A stretch of DNA of 64,000 bases, taken from contig DFNN01000135.1 of NCBI GenBank assembly GCA_002376065.1, positions 1,339 through 65,338 of the forward strand, given 5' to 3'. Source of the DNA: Bacillales bacterium UBA3566. GTDB taxonomy: Bacteria; Bacillota_I; Bacilli_A; Izemoplasmatales; Izemoplasmataceae. The translations under genes were made by a program, and so were the position numbers. This document shows positions 18,811-27,366 of the stretch, piece by piece; position 1 is the first letter of the stretch, and each line of letters opens with the position of its first letter. Under the pieces are notes generated by a model, which made no database searches, had not been told where the DNA came from, and was given only the letters and a program-made list of their open reading frames with translations.

Positions 18811-18878
18811 TCTATTTTCAATAGTTTTTTAAGTTGTTGTATGATATAATGTAATGTTATTTTTAAGAGGTGAAATAG

Positions 18879-19823
18879 ATGTTTAAACAAATAAAAACGT
18901 TGATAGAAGAGTATAATCATATTGTGATTCATCGCCATAAAAATCCAGATGGGGATGCATATGGAAGTCAAATGGGATTAAAGCGATTGATTGAGTTGAA
19001 TTATCCAAACAAAAAAGTCGTTGCGGTCGGAGACACCAATGTATTCTCATATATTGGTGAGGTTGATCACGTGGATGATGTGTTTTATGAAAATGCACTT
19101 GCGATTATTTTGGATGTTGCTGTGACACAGCTTGTGAGTGATGATCGTTATCATTTAGCAAAACAAAGATTGGTGATTGATCACCATTTGAATGATTCAA
19201 ATATTGATGGGATGATCATGATTGATTCTAACTATATTTCTTGTGCTGAGTTGATTGCGGATATGGCTTTAACAATGAATTGGAAAATTGATGAGCTGGC
19301 TGCGACTAATTTGATGTTTGGGATTATCACAGATAGTGGAAGGTTTTTATATCCTAATACAAAAGCGAATACCTTTAACATTGCGGCTGCTTTGATGAAT
19401 AAAGGTGCAAAATTACAATACATATATAATCAGTTGTATACAGAATCATTAAATTTTAAAAAGTTAAAAGGGTATTTTATTAATAATTTTAAGACGACAG
19501 ACTATAATGTCGCATATATGAAAAATGATGTTAGTATTAAAGAACAATTTGGAGTATCTACCTTTACAGTTTCACGTGCAATGGTGAATCAAATGAGTGG
19601 AATAGAGAATGTTTCTATATGGGCGAATTTCACCGAAGATGTTGATGGACTTATACAGTGTGAACTTAGAAGTAAAGAAATTCCAATTGTTGATGTGGCC
19701 AAAAAATATGGTGGTGGAGGACATGCACTTGCTTGTGGATGTACTGTTAAATCGTTTGATATGGCCGATGAGATACTTGCAGATTTAGATGCAATCATAG
19801 AAAAGAGTGGAAAACATGGATAA
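18879..19823 (+). CDS. DHH/DHHA1 phosphoesterase (NrnA-like oligoribonuclease / pAp phosphatase)
   Basis: Motifs HRHKNPDGDAYGS, LDVA, IDHH, ITDSGRF, and DHHA1 GGGHALACG. Confidence 0.85.
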   Translation: MFKQIKTLIEEYNHIVIHRHKNPDGDAYGSQMGLKRLIELNYPNKKVVAVGDTNVFSYIGEVDHVDDVFYENALAIILDVAVTQLVSDDRYHLAKQRLVIDHHLNDSNIDGMIMIDSNYISCAELIADMALTMNWKIDELAATNLMFGIITDSGRFLYPNTKANTFNIAAALMNKGAKLQYIYNQLYTESLNFKKLKGYFINNFKTTDYNVAYMKNDVSIKEQFGVSTFTVSRAMVNQMSGIENVSIWANFTEDVDGLIQCELRSKEIPIVDVAKKYGGGGHALACGCTVKSFDMADEILADLDAIIEKSGKHG

Positions 19824-20781
19824 AAAAGCTTTAAGAAGTATTTACAAGAAAATTAAAAGTTATGAGAAAATTGTGATTTTACCACATCAAAGACCTGATG
19901 GGGATTGTATTGGAACAGCGTTTGGATTAAAAGATATGATTGTCGCATCTTTTCCAAATAAAAAAGTGTTTGTCGTTGGTGAAACAAGTGACTTTACAAG
20001 TTTTATCGGTGTTCCTGATGAAGTAGAAGATGAAGTCTTTAAAGATGCACTTGCTATCAGTGTTGACACTGCGGCACGTGATCGCATAGGAGATGACCGA
20101 TATAAAGATGCTGATTTCTTAATTAAGATAGATCATCATATACCTGTCGATGATTTTGGTGATATTAATTATGTGGATATATCTAGACCAGCTGCTGCAC
20201 TGATTATTTTGGATTTATACAAGTTATTCGAGGGTGACTTGAAGATTACACCTGTTGGTGCAAAAGCGTTGTTTATGGGCATTTTGACGGATACTGGTAG
20301 GTTTAAATATTCGGGCGTGAATGCAGATACATTTAGAAATGTAGCAGACTTGTTTGATATCGGGTTTGATGCGAGAAGTGTTTACAATTACTTGGATACA
20401 AGAACAGAGGAATTGACTAGGTTTAGAGGGTTTTTCTTGCAAAATTACCAAAAGACAGAACACGGAGTAGCGTATTTTAAGATTCTTCCTGAACATTTAG
20501 AACAATTCCATGTTACCTTAGAAGAAGCTTCTAGTTTGGTGAATGAACTTGGTGTTTTTGCTGATTGTCCAATTTGGATATTGTTCGCAGAATACGAAGA
20601 ACAAATCGTACGTGCTAGAGTTCGTAGTAAAGGACCTGCTATAAATGAACTTGCGGGAAGATTTGATGGTGGTGGTCACGCAATGGCTAGTGGTGCAAAC
20701 TTGGGTACTTGGGAACGTACAGAGGAATTATTAAAAGAAGCTGATCAATTAGCGAAGGAATACAAAGAGAGTTTATTATAA
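19816..20781 (+). CDS. DHH/DHHA1 phosphoesterase, second tandem paralogue
   Basis: Motifs PHQRPDGDCIGTA, VDTA, IDHH, LTDTGRF, GGGHAMASG. ATG at 19816 overlaps the previous gene by 8 nt (the track start is GTG at 19807). Confidence 0.85.
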   Translation: MDKKALRSIYKKIKSYEKIVILPHQRPDGDCIGTAFGLKDMIVASFPNKKVFVVGETSDFTSFIGVPDEVEDEVFKDALAISVDTAARDRIGDDRYKDADFLIKIDHHIPVDDFGDINYVDISRPAAALIILDLYKLFEGDLKITPVGAKALFMGILTDTGRFKYSGVNADTFRNVADLFDIGFDARSVYNYLDTRTEELTRFRGFFLQNYQKTEHGVAYFKILPEHLEQFHVTLEEASSLVNELGVFADCPIWILFAEYEEQIVRARVRSKGPAINELAGRFDGGGHAMASGANLGTWERTEELLKEADQLAKEYKESLL

Positions 20782-20794
20782 ACTCTCTTTTTTG
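20765..20794 (+). terminator. rho-independent terminator
   Basis: AAGAGAGTTT / AAACTCTCTT stem spanning the stop codon, followed by a T-run. Confidence 0.7.
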
Positions 20795-20822
20795 TTAAGA
20801 TTATGTTAAGATAGAATTAAGA
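20795..20822 (+). promoter_or_regulatory. three direct TTAAGA repeats with 11-bp period (candidate Pho box)
   Basis: TTAAGA at 20795, 20806 and 20817, about 70-100 nt upstream of the Na/Pi transporter start. Confidence 0.45.
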
Positions 20823-20893
20823 AATCGTAAAATTGTTTCAATATCATTAAAATTGTGTTATATTTTCATTGGTGAACTTGAGGAGGTATTGAT

Positions 20894-22570
20894 ATGATTT
20901 TAGCAGTTGATATTGATTGGCAGTGGACAATATTTGCCATTGTTGGTGGATTAGGGATATTCTTATTTGGGATTAATTTGATGGGTGATTCTCTAAAAGC
21001 AATGGCAGGTAACAAGATTAAAATTATTATTGAAAAGTCTACAAATACACCTTTGAAGGGTATTTTGATGGGAATCTTAATTACTGCGTTATTACAATCA
21101 TCATCAGGTACTACAGCTATTACAGTTGGTCTTGTTCGTGCTGGATTGATGACTTTGCCACAGGCAGTAGGAATAATATTAGGTGCGAATATTGGAACGA
21201 CAGTTACTTCTTTTTTACTTGGACTACCGATTAAGGAATATGCATTACCAATCATGGCACTCGGAAGTTTTTTGATTTTCTTCTTTGGTCGCAAGAAAAC
21301 AAAACAGTTCGGAGGAGTTTTATTAGGGTTTGGAATGTTGTTTTACGGATTAGACATTATGGGTGGTGCTTTAAAGCAATTGGTCAATTTACCAGCATTC
21401 GAGCAAGCCTTATTGTCAGTCGCAGAAACACCAATCTTAGGATTGGTTGTAGGCGCTTTATCTACTGCAGTTATTCAATCAAGTAGTGCAACAATAGGGA
21501 TATTACAAGAATTATATACAACAGGGTATATCCCGCTTATTGGTGCAATTGCGATTGTATTTGGAGATAATATAGGGACAACTGTTACTGCAGTTTTAGC
21601 TTCTCTTGGAGGCAGTGTAGCGGCAAAAAGAACAGCAGCAGCACATGTGCTTTTTAATATCATCGGAAGTATCGTATTCATGTTATTCTTAGGGGTATAT
21701 ACAAGACTTATACAAGGAATGGAACTTGCTTTTTTAGATGGTGAAAAGCATAAACTAACGATAAGTTATGCACATATGATTTTTAATATTACAAATACCT
21801 TTATTATGTTTTGGTTTGTGAAACAACTTGTTTGGCTTGTGACAAAAATTATCCGTGGTGAAGATGGGTTAATTGAAGTTGATTTTCAGGCTTTACAAGA
21901 GGATTTGATTGAAGAAGCTCCTGTACTTGCTTTAGAGAGTGCAAAAATTGTTGTGACGAATATGGGGAAACTAACTGAACAAATGTTTGATTCTACAGTG
22001 GAATATTCATTTAGTAATCAAAAGAAACTTTTTGAAAATGGTATGCAGATAGAAGAAATGCTCGATACGATTGACAAAAAAGCTCATGATTATTTGGTGA
22101 AGATTGCTCAAGGCGGGCTTGATTCAGAGTCTTCACAGTTACAAGCTTCTTATGTAGATACAATTCGAGATTTTGAGCGTATTGGGGATCATTGTACAAA
22201 TATTTTACAGTTTTTCGAACATAGGTATGATAATAAAATAGCATTATCAGAAGATGCTGAGAAAGAACTTTCTAGGTTGTATGATATTGTTAAAGAATCA
22301 ATTGGATTAACAATTAAAGCATTCGAACATTATGATAAAGAAGCTGCAATGCAAGTAATAGAGCGAGAAGAAGTCATTGATCGATTGGTGATTAAAAACC
22401 GAAAACGTCATATTATGCGTATCAATCATGCAGATTCTAGTGAGCAAGAAGATGAATTTTATGTTGATATTTTATCAAATATTGAACGTATTGGAGATCA
22501 TTGTAATAACATAGTAATCAATATCTTACAAGAAAACTATTATAATGAAGAATTGGATTATGAATATTAA
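20894..22570 (+). CDS. Na+/phosphate symporter (NptA/YjbB family) with C-terminal PhoU-like repeats
   Basis: Duplicated QSSSGTTAITVGL / QSSSATIGIL Na/Pi-cotransporter motifs. C-terminal ERIGDHCTNI and ERIGDHCNNI PhoU-type repeats. GAGGAGG RBS. Confidence 0.85.
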   Translation: MILAVDIDWQWTIFAIVGGLGIFLFGINLMGDSLKAMAGNKIKIIIEKSTNTPLKGILMGILITALLQSSSGTTAITVGLVRAGLMTLPQAVGIILGANIGTTVTSFLLGLPIKEYALPIMALGSFLIFFFGRKKTKQFGGVLLGFGMLFYGLDIMGGALKQLVNLPAFEQALLSVAETPILGLVVGALSTAVIQSSSATIGILQELYTTGYIPLIGAIAIVFGDNIGTTVTAVLASLGGSVAAKRTAAAHVLFNIIGSIVFMLFLGVYTRLIQGMELAFLDGEKHKLTISYAHMIFNITNTFIMFWFVKQLVWLVTKIIRGEDGLIEVDFQALQEDLIEEAPVLALESAKIVVTNMGKLTEQMFDSTVEYSFSNQKKLFENGMQIEEMLDTIDKKAHDYLVKIAQGGLDSESSQLQASYVDTIRDFERIGDHCTNILQFFEHRYDNKIALSEDAEKELSRLYDIVKESIGLTIKAFEHYDKEAAMQVIEREEVIDRLVIKNRKRHIMRINHADSSEQEDEFYVDILSNIERIGDHCNNIVINILQENYYNEELDYEY

Positions 22571-22650
22571 GATATGATAAATGAGTGTTAAGATTTCATA
22601 AATTGTTAACATTTTAAATTAGAGTTGTGCTATCATAACAGTGGAGTGTG

Positions 22651-23322
22651 ATGAATATGCCAAAGATTTTGATCATTGAAGATGAAAAATCAATTCAACG
22701 TATGATTGCTTATGATTTAAAACAGTTAGGGTATGAAGTTGAAAGTGCAGTTGATGGATTTGAAGGATACAAAAAAGCATCTACTTTTCATTATGATGTT
22801 ATTTTGTTGGATTTGATGTTGCCTAATATGAATGGGATGGACATTTGTAAAAAGCTTCGTGATGAAGGAAATAACTCATATATTATTATGTTGACTGCTG
22901 TTGACGATGAGTTTAATAAAATACAAGGATTTGATGTTGGCGCAGATGATTATGTGACAAAACCTTTTTCTCCAAGGGAGTTAACTGCTCGTATAAGAGC
23001 TGGATTGAGAAGACAAGGTAATTCAGAAAAAGAAGACATCATTTACTATGAAGATTTAAAAATTGTGCAAAGTAGTTATGAAGTATACCAAAATGATGAA
23101 AAGGTTGATTTAACGTTAAAAGAGTTCGAGTTATTGGTCTACTTTATCCTTAATAAAGGGAAAGCTTTATCTCGTGATCAGCTGTTGACAAATCTTTGGG
23201 GATTTAGTTATGATGGTGATTCACGTGTAGTGGATGTCCATGTGTTTAAACTTAGAGAGAAAATTGATCCAAAAGCAAATTGGATTAAGACTGTACGTGG
23301 TATTGGGTATAAGATTGTATAA
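22651..23322 (+). CDS. OmpR-family response regulator, PhoP/PhoB-like
   Basis: Receiver domain (ILIIEDE...DVILLDLMLP...KPF) plus a winged-helix domain (LTLKEFELL...VRGIGYKI). Start is ambiguous between 22651 and 22657. Confidence 0.85.
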   Translation: MNMPKILIIEDEKSIQRMIAYDLKQLGYEVESAVDGFEGYKKASTFHYDVILLDLMLPNMNGMDICKKLRDEGNNSYIIMLTAVDDEFNKIQGFDVGADDYVTKPFSPRELTARIRAGLRRQGNSEKEDIIYYEDLKIVQSSYEVYQNDEKVDLTLKEFELLVYFILNKGKALSRDQLLTNLWGFSYDGDSRVVDVHVFKLREKIDPKANWIKTVRGIGYKIV

Positions 23323-23328
23323 CTAAAT

Positions 23329-23353
23329 AGGATGACTTCGGTCATCCTTTTTT
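23329..23353 (+). terminator. rho-independent terminator
   Basis: AGGATGAC-TTCG-GTCATCCT hairpin followed by a T-run. Confidence 0.9.
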
Positions 23354-23371
23354 AATACTTGTTGATATTTG

Positions 23372-23425
23372 TTAACAGAGAATTAACAATAACGGTATTT
23401 GTATTTAATATTCATTTTATATAAT
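23372..23425 (+). promoter_or_regulatory. candidate Pho box and -10 element of the pstS promoter
   Basis: TTAACA at 23372 and 23383, a degenerate hexamer at 23394, and TTAATA at 23405 (all on an 11-bp period). TATAAT at 23420-23425 with no canonical -35. Confidence 0.55.
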
Positions 23426-23460
23426 CGTAGTGTAGTTCAATTTGAGGAGGAAATAAAAAA

Positions 23461-24393
23461 ATGAAAAAATTATTATTATTAGCATTGGCAATTACATCTG
23501 TAGGAGTCTTGGCTGCCTGCGGTGGAAATAGTGAAGAAGGTTTTGATACAAGTAAAAATATTACTGTTTACACAAGAGACACATCAAGTGGAACACGTGA
23601 TGGATTTATGAATGGTATTGGTTTTGGTGAAGCTTCTGCTGATGATAGTGTATTAGTAGATGGATTTGTAACAAATGATAATACAGCTATCTTAACAGCG
23701 ATGACTACAGATGAATATGGTATTGGGTATATTTCATTGGCTAGTTTGAATAATACTGTTAAAGGCTTAAGTTTTGATGGTGTAGAACCAACGGTACAAA
23801 ACGTAATCAATAATACATATGGGTTAAAAAGACCATTTAATTATGTATTAAGAGCTCCAGGAGATTATGATTCACCTGAAGCGGAAGCAATTGCAAATGC
23901 GTTTGTTGCTTTCTTAAGAACGACAGATGGTTCCGATGTAATTATGGATCAAGGTGCAGTAGCACTTGAATCAAGTGATACTTGGGATGATATCAAAGCT
24001 GATTACGAGATTTGTAATGAAGATAATAGTGGAGTAGTCATTCGTTTTGGTGGATCAGATTCGATTCAAAAAGTTGCAGAAGCATTGAGTGCGGCATTCT
24101 CGCCAAAATGTGGAGACTTTGTTGCTGAACATGACCATACAGGTTCATCAGATGGATTCAAACGTACACAAGGTTCAGAAAAAGATGGAGATAATGCGAA
24201 ACATGTTGGGTTTGCTTCTCGTCCATTCAAAGATACTGAAGCTGGTGTAGAAGGAACACAAGGACAATTGGCTTGGGATGCAATTGTAGCGATCGTGCAT
24301 GTAAACAACGATTTAGATAGTGTTACTGCAGAAGATTTGAAAAAAATCTACTCTGGCGAATATACTACTTGGGAAGATTTACTCTCTGAATAA
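23461..24393 (+). CDS. pstS: phosphate ABC transporter substrate-binding lipoprotein PstS
   Basis: Lipobox VLAACGG. TRDTSSGTRDGF phosphate-binding loop pattern. Located directly upstream of pstCAB. Confidence 0.85.
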   Translation: MKKLLLLALAITSVGVLAACGGNSEEGFDTSKNITVYTRDTSSGTRDGFMNGIGFGEASADDSVLVDGFVTNDNTAILTAMTTDEYGIGYISLASLNNTVKGLSFDGVEPTVQNVINNTYGLKRPFNYVLRAPGDYDSPEAEAIANAFVAFLRTTDGSDVIMDQGAVALESSDTWDDIKADYEICNEDNSGVVIRFGGSDSIQKVAEALSAAFSPKCGDFVAEHDHTGSSDGFKRTQGSEKDGDNAKHVGFASRPFKDTEAGVEGTQGQLAWDAIVAIVHVNNDLDSVTAEDLKKIYSGEYTTWEDLLSE

Positions 24394-24428
24394 ATCATCT
24401 AACAACTGAATATAGTATTAAGTAGATT

Positions 24429-24448
24429 GCCCTTTCTGAGGGCTTTTT
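24429..24448 (+). terminator. weak intra-operon hairpin after pstS (possible partial terminator)
   Basis: GCCCT-TTCTG-AGGGC followed by T5. Confidence 0.4.
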
Positions 24449-24467
24449 ACCATAAAGGAGCATAGAT

Positions 24468-25403
24468 ATGAATACAAACACAAGAAAGAAAAAACGCGTT
24501 GATCAAATTGTTAGAAGCATATTTTTGGCCTCTACACTCCTTTCTGCTTCATTTATTATAATCATTGTTATTTTTATTGTGATGAAAGGAATTACACCTT
24601 TTATCACAGATAATGATGGGTTAGGAGTCGTCAATATTTGGACTTTTTTGACGGGCACAGTATGGTTACAAGGAACTGCATTCCAGTCAAATTTGTATGC
24701 GGTTGGATTTATCATTGTAAACACACTATACATCGCTTTTTTGTCTTTATTATTATCACTTCCAGTAGGAGTATTAACGGCGCTTTTTATTGCGAAAATC
24801 GCACCAAAACGTTTGGCTGAATTTCTACGTACTATCGTTGAACTATTAGCAAGTATACCATCAATCGTTTATGGTTTATTTGGTAGTGGAATCATACTAA
24901 CTTTTGTATATAACCTTGCTGAATTGTTTGGAGTTCAATCAAAAGGGGGAAATAGCGTTTTAGCAACAGTCTTAGTACTTGCTTTAATGACTTTACCTAC
25001 GATTACTGCAGTAAGTGAGGTAGCGATAAGAAGTGTAAGAAAAGATATTGAAGAAGGTTCTTTAGCACTAGGGGCAACTAGAACACAAACAAACTTTAAA
25101 GTTGTACTAGCATCTGCAAAATCTGGTATCTTTGCAGCAGCTATTTTAGGAATAGGTCGATCTTTAGGAGAAGCAACAGCGGTTTCGCTTGTGGCGGGTA
25201 ATGCGAAAAGTGGACCGAATCTAGGACTCTTTGATATTACTACAACTTTAACATCTACAATGTTACAAGGATTAAAAGAAACCACCGGGGTCGATTATGA
25301 TATTCGATTTAGTGTTGGGATTGTATTAATGATTGTTATTTTACTCACAAACTTTATTTTAAACGCTGTGAAGAAGAGAGTAGGTAATGTCAATGTCAAA
25401 TAA
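24468..25403 (+). CDS. pstC: phosphate ABC transporter permease PstC
   Basis: 311 aa, six TM helices. EAA-like loop (EGSLALGATRTQTNFKVVLASAKSGI). Confidence 0.9.
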   Translation: MNTNTRKKKRVDQIVRSIFLASTLLSASFIIIIVIFIVMKGITPFITDNDGLGVVNIWTFLTGTVWLQGTAFQSNLYAVGFIIVNTLYIAFLSLLLSLPVGVLTALFIAKIAPKRLAEFLRTIVELLASIPSIVYGLFGSGIILTFVYNLAELFGVQSKGGNSVLATVLVLALMTLPTITAVSEVAIRSVRKDIEEGSLALGATRTQTNFKVVLASAKSGIFAAAILGIGRSLGEATAVSLVAGNAKSGPNLGLFDITTTLTSTMLQGLKETTGVDYDIRFSVGIVLMIVILLTNFILNAVKKRVGNVNVK

Positions 25404-26589
25404 ACGTAAAGCAATTGATATCGCTTATCAAGCGATAACTTATCTTGCCTCATCTGTTTCGCTTCTGGCATTGTCAATGATTGTCTATTTTGTATGGAGT
25501 AATGGTTCTGGGTTATTAAATATGGATTTACTCACGAAAGATTATCATGCAAAGTATTATAACGGCGAAATGGTTGAAGTTGGAGATTACAGTACAACAT
25601 TAAGACCGAGTGATTTAGATGATGATATCTATTATAGTGAACAATATGGAATTGGATTATCAGACGCAAAAGACCGTGAAGGGAATCCGATTATCTTGGT
25701 TGAGTATATTGCTTCTGACTCACCAATGTTGAAACTAGCTGATAGAAATAGCGAGGATATTATTGCTCTTGAAGAAGGTATGTTAATATCGAAAGTAGCT
25801 TTTTTTGATAAAGCAACAGCGTTGCGTACTTTTGGGGCAGAATACATGGTAAATGAATTAGATTCGGCAACTGATTTTAGAGAGATTGTGTTTACTTCAC
25901 TTGGTGGAGGTATTAGAGGATCAATTATTACAACTTTATACTTAATTGGAATGACAATGGCTATGGCATTACCAATTGGAGTTTTCACAGCAATTTACTT
26001 AAATGAGTTTGCGAAGAAAAATAGAATTACTAGTACTTTACGTACACTAATTGATACCCTTACTGGGGTGCCATCAATTATTTATGGATTAATGGGATTG
26101 GCAGTATTTGTACCGTTAACAATATCTGTGACTCCTGCGACAAGTGGGAACTTAATATCAGGAAGTTTAACTTTAGCGGTTATCTTGTTACCGGTGATTA
26201 TTAAGTCGACAGAGGAGTCTTTAAAAGTTGTACCTGATGGATTAAGACAAGCATCACTTGCCTTAGGTGCAAATGAAACACAAACAACATTTAAAGTAGT
26301 TTTACCATCCTCAATACCAGGGATTTTAACAGCGTCATTATTAGGAATTGGACGTGTGATTGGGGAATCAGCTGCATTGATTTTTGCGATTGGAACTGCT
26401 GTAAAAGATGATATTTCGATTTTTGGGAAGTCGACATCACTCGCAGTTCATATATGGTCGATGATGACGGATGAACCAGCGAACATTGAATTATCAAGTA
26501 CAATAGCGATTATTATATTAATGATTGTGCTTGTATTAAATATTACGGTGAAATTATTGTCAAAAAAATTCATGAAACCGATGCAATAA
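25387..26589 (+). CDS. pstA: phosphate ABC transporter permease PstA, with an enlarged extracytoplasmic loop
   Basis: 400 aa. QASLALGANETQTTFKVVLPSSIPGI loop. About 130 hydrophilic residues lie between TM1 and TM2. Confidence 0.88.
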   Translation: MSMSNKRKAIDIAYQAITYLASSVSLLALSMIVYFVWSNGSGLLNMDLLTKDYHAKYYNGEMVEVGDYSTTLRPSDLDDDIYYSEQYGIGLSDAKDREGNPIILVEYIASDSPMLKLADRNSEDIIALEEGMLISKVAFFDKATALRTFGAEYMVNELDSATDFREIVFTSLGGGIRGSIITTLYLIGMTMAMALPIGVFTAIYLNEFAKKNRITSTLRTLIDTLTGVPSIIYGLMGLAVFVPLTISVTPATSGNLISGSLTLAVILLPVIIKSTEESLKVVPDGLRQASLALGANETQTTFKVVLPSSIPGILTASLLGIGRVIGESAALIFAIGTAVKDDISIFGKSTSLAVHIWSMMTDEPANIELSSTIAIIILMIVLVLNITVKLLSKKFMKPMQ

Positions 26590-26601
26590 AGGAGAATATA
26601 T

Positions 26602-27360
26602 ATGGATAAACAAGTGTTTAATATTAAAAATTTGGATTTATATTATGGTAAATTTCAAGCGTTAAAAAACATTAATTTAACGATTGAAAAAAATAAGGTA
26701 ACCGCATTGATAGGTCCTTCTGGTTGTGGAAAATCTACATTTATTAGAGTGTTGAATAGAATGAATGACTTGATTGAAGAATGTCGTATTGTTGGAGATG
26801 TCCATTTTCATCAAGACGATATTTACCATGAGAAATTTGATGTGATTGATTTAAGGACTCGCGTGGGTATGGTGTTTCAAAAACCAAATCCATTTCCGAT
26901 GAGTATCTATGATAATGTTGCATACGGACCAAGATGTCAAGGAATTAAAGATAAGGCAGAATTAGATGAAATCGTTGATAAAGCATTAAAATCTGCGGCT
27001 TTGTATGAAGAAGTAAATGAGCGTATGAAAGAAAGTGCCATGGATTTAAGTGGTGGGCAGCAACAACGTCTTTGTATCGCAAGAGCGATTGCGATGAACC
27101 CTGAAGTGATTCTAATGGATGAGCCAACAAGTGCATTAGATCCGATTGCGACGTTAAAAATAGAAGAACTTATTAATGATTTAAAAGAACAATATACAAT
27201 CGTTATCGTTACACATTCAATGCAGCAAGCAGCTCGAATAAGTGATACAACTGCATTTTTCTTAATGGGAGAGTTGATTGAAACAGATAATACTGATAAA
27301 ATATTTACACAACCAAAAATGAAAGAAACAGAAGACTATATAACTGGTCGTTTCGGATAG
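26602..27360 (+). CDS. pstB: phosphate ABC transporter ATP-binding protein PstB
   Basis: [35 protein letters not shown]-terminal [10 protein letters not shown] is characteristic of PstB. Confidence 0.95.
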   Translation: MDKQVFNIKNLDLYYGKFQALKNINLTIEKNKVTALIGPSGCGKSTFIRVLNRMNDLIEECRIVGDVHFHQDDIYHEKFDVIDLRTRVGMVFQKPNPFPMSIYDNVAYGPRCQGIKDKAELDEIVDKALKSAALYEEVNERMKESAMDLSGGQQQRLCIARAIAMNPEVILMDEPTSALDPIATLKIEELINDLKEQYTIVIVTHSMQQAARISDTTAFFLMGELIETDNTDKIFTQPKMKETEDYITGRFG

Positions 27361-27366
27361 GAGTGT

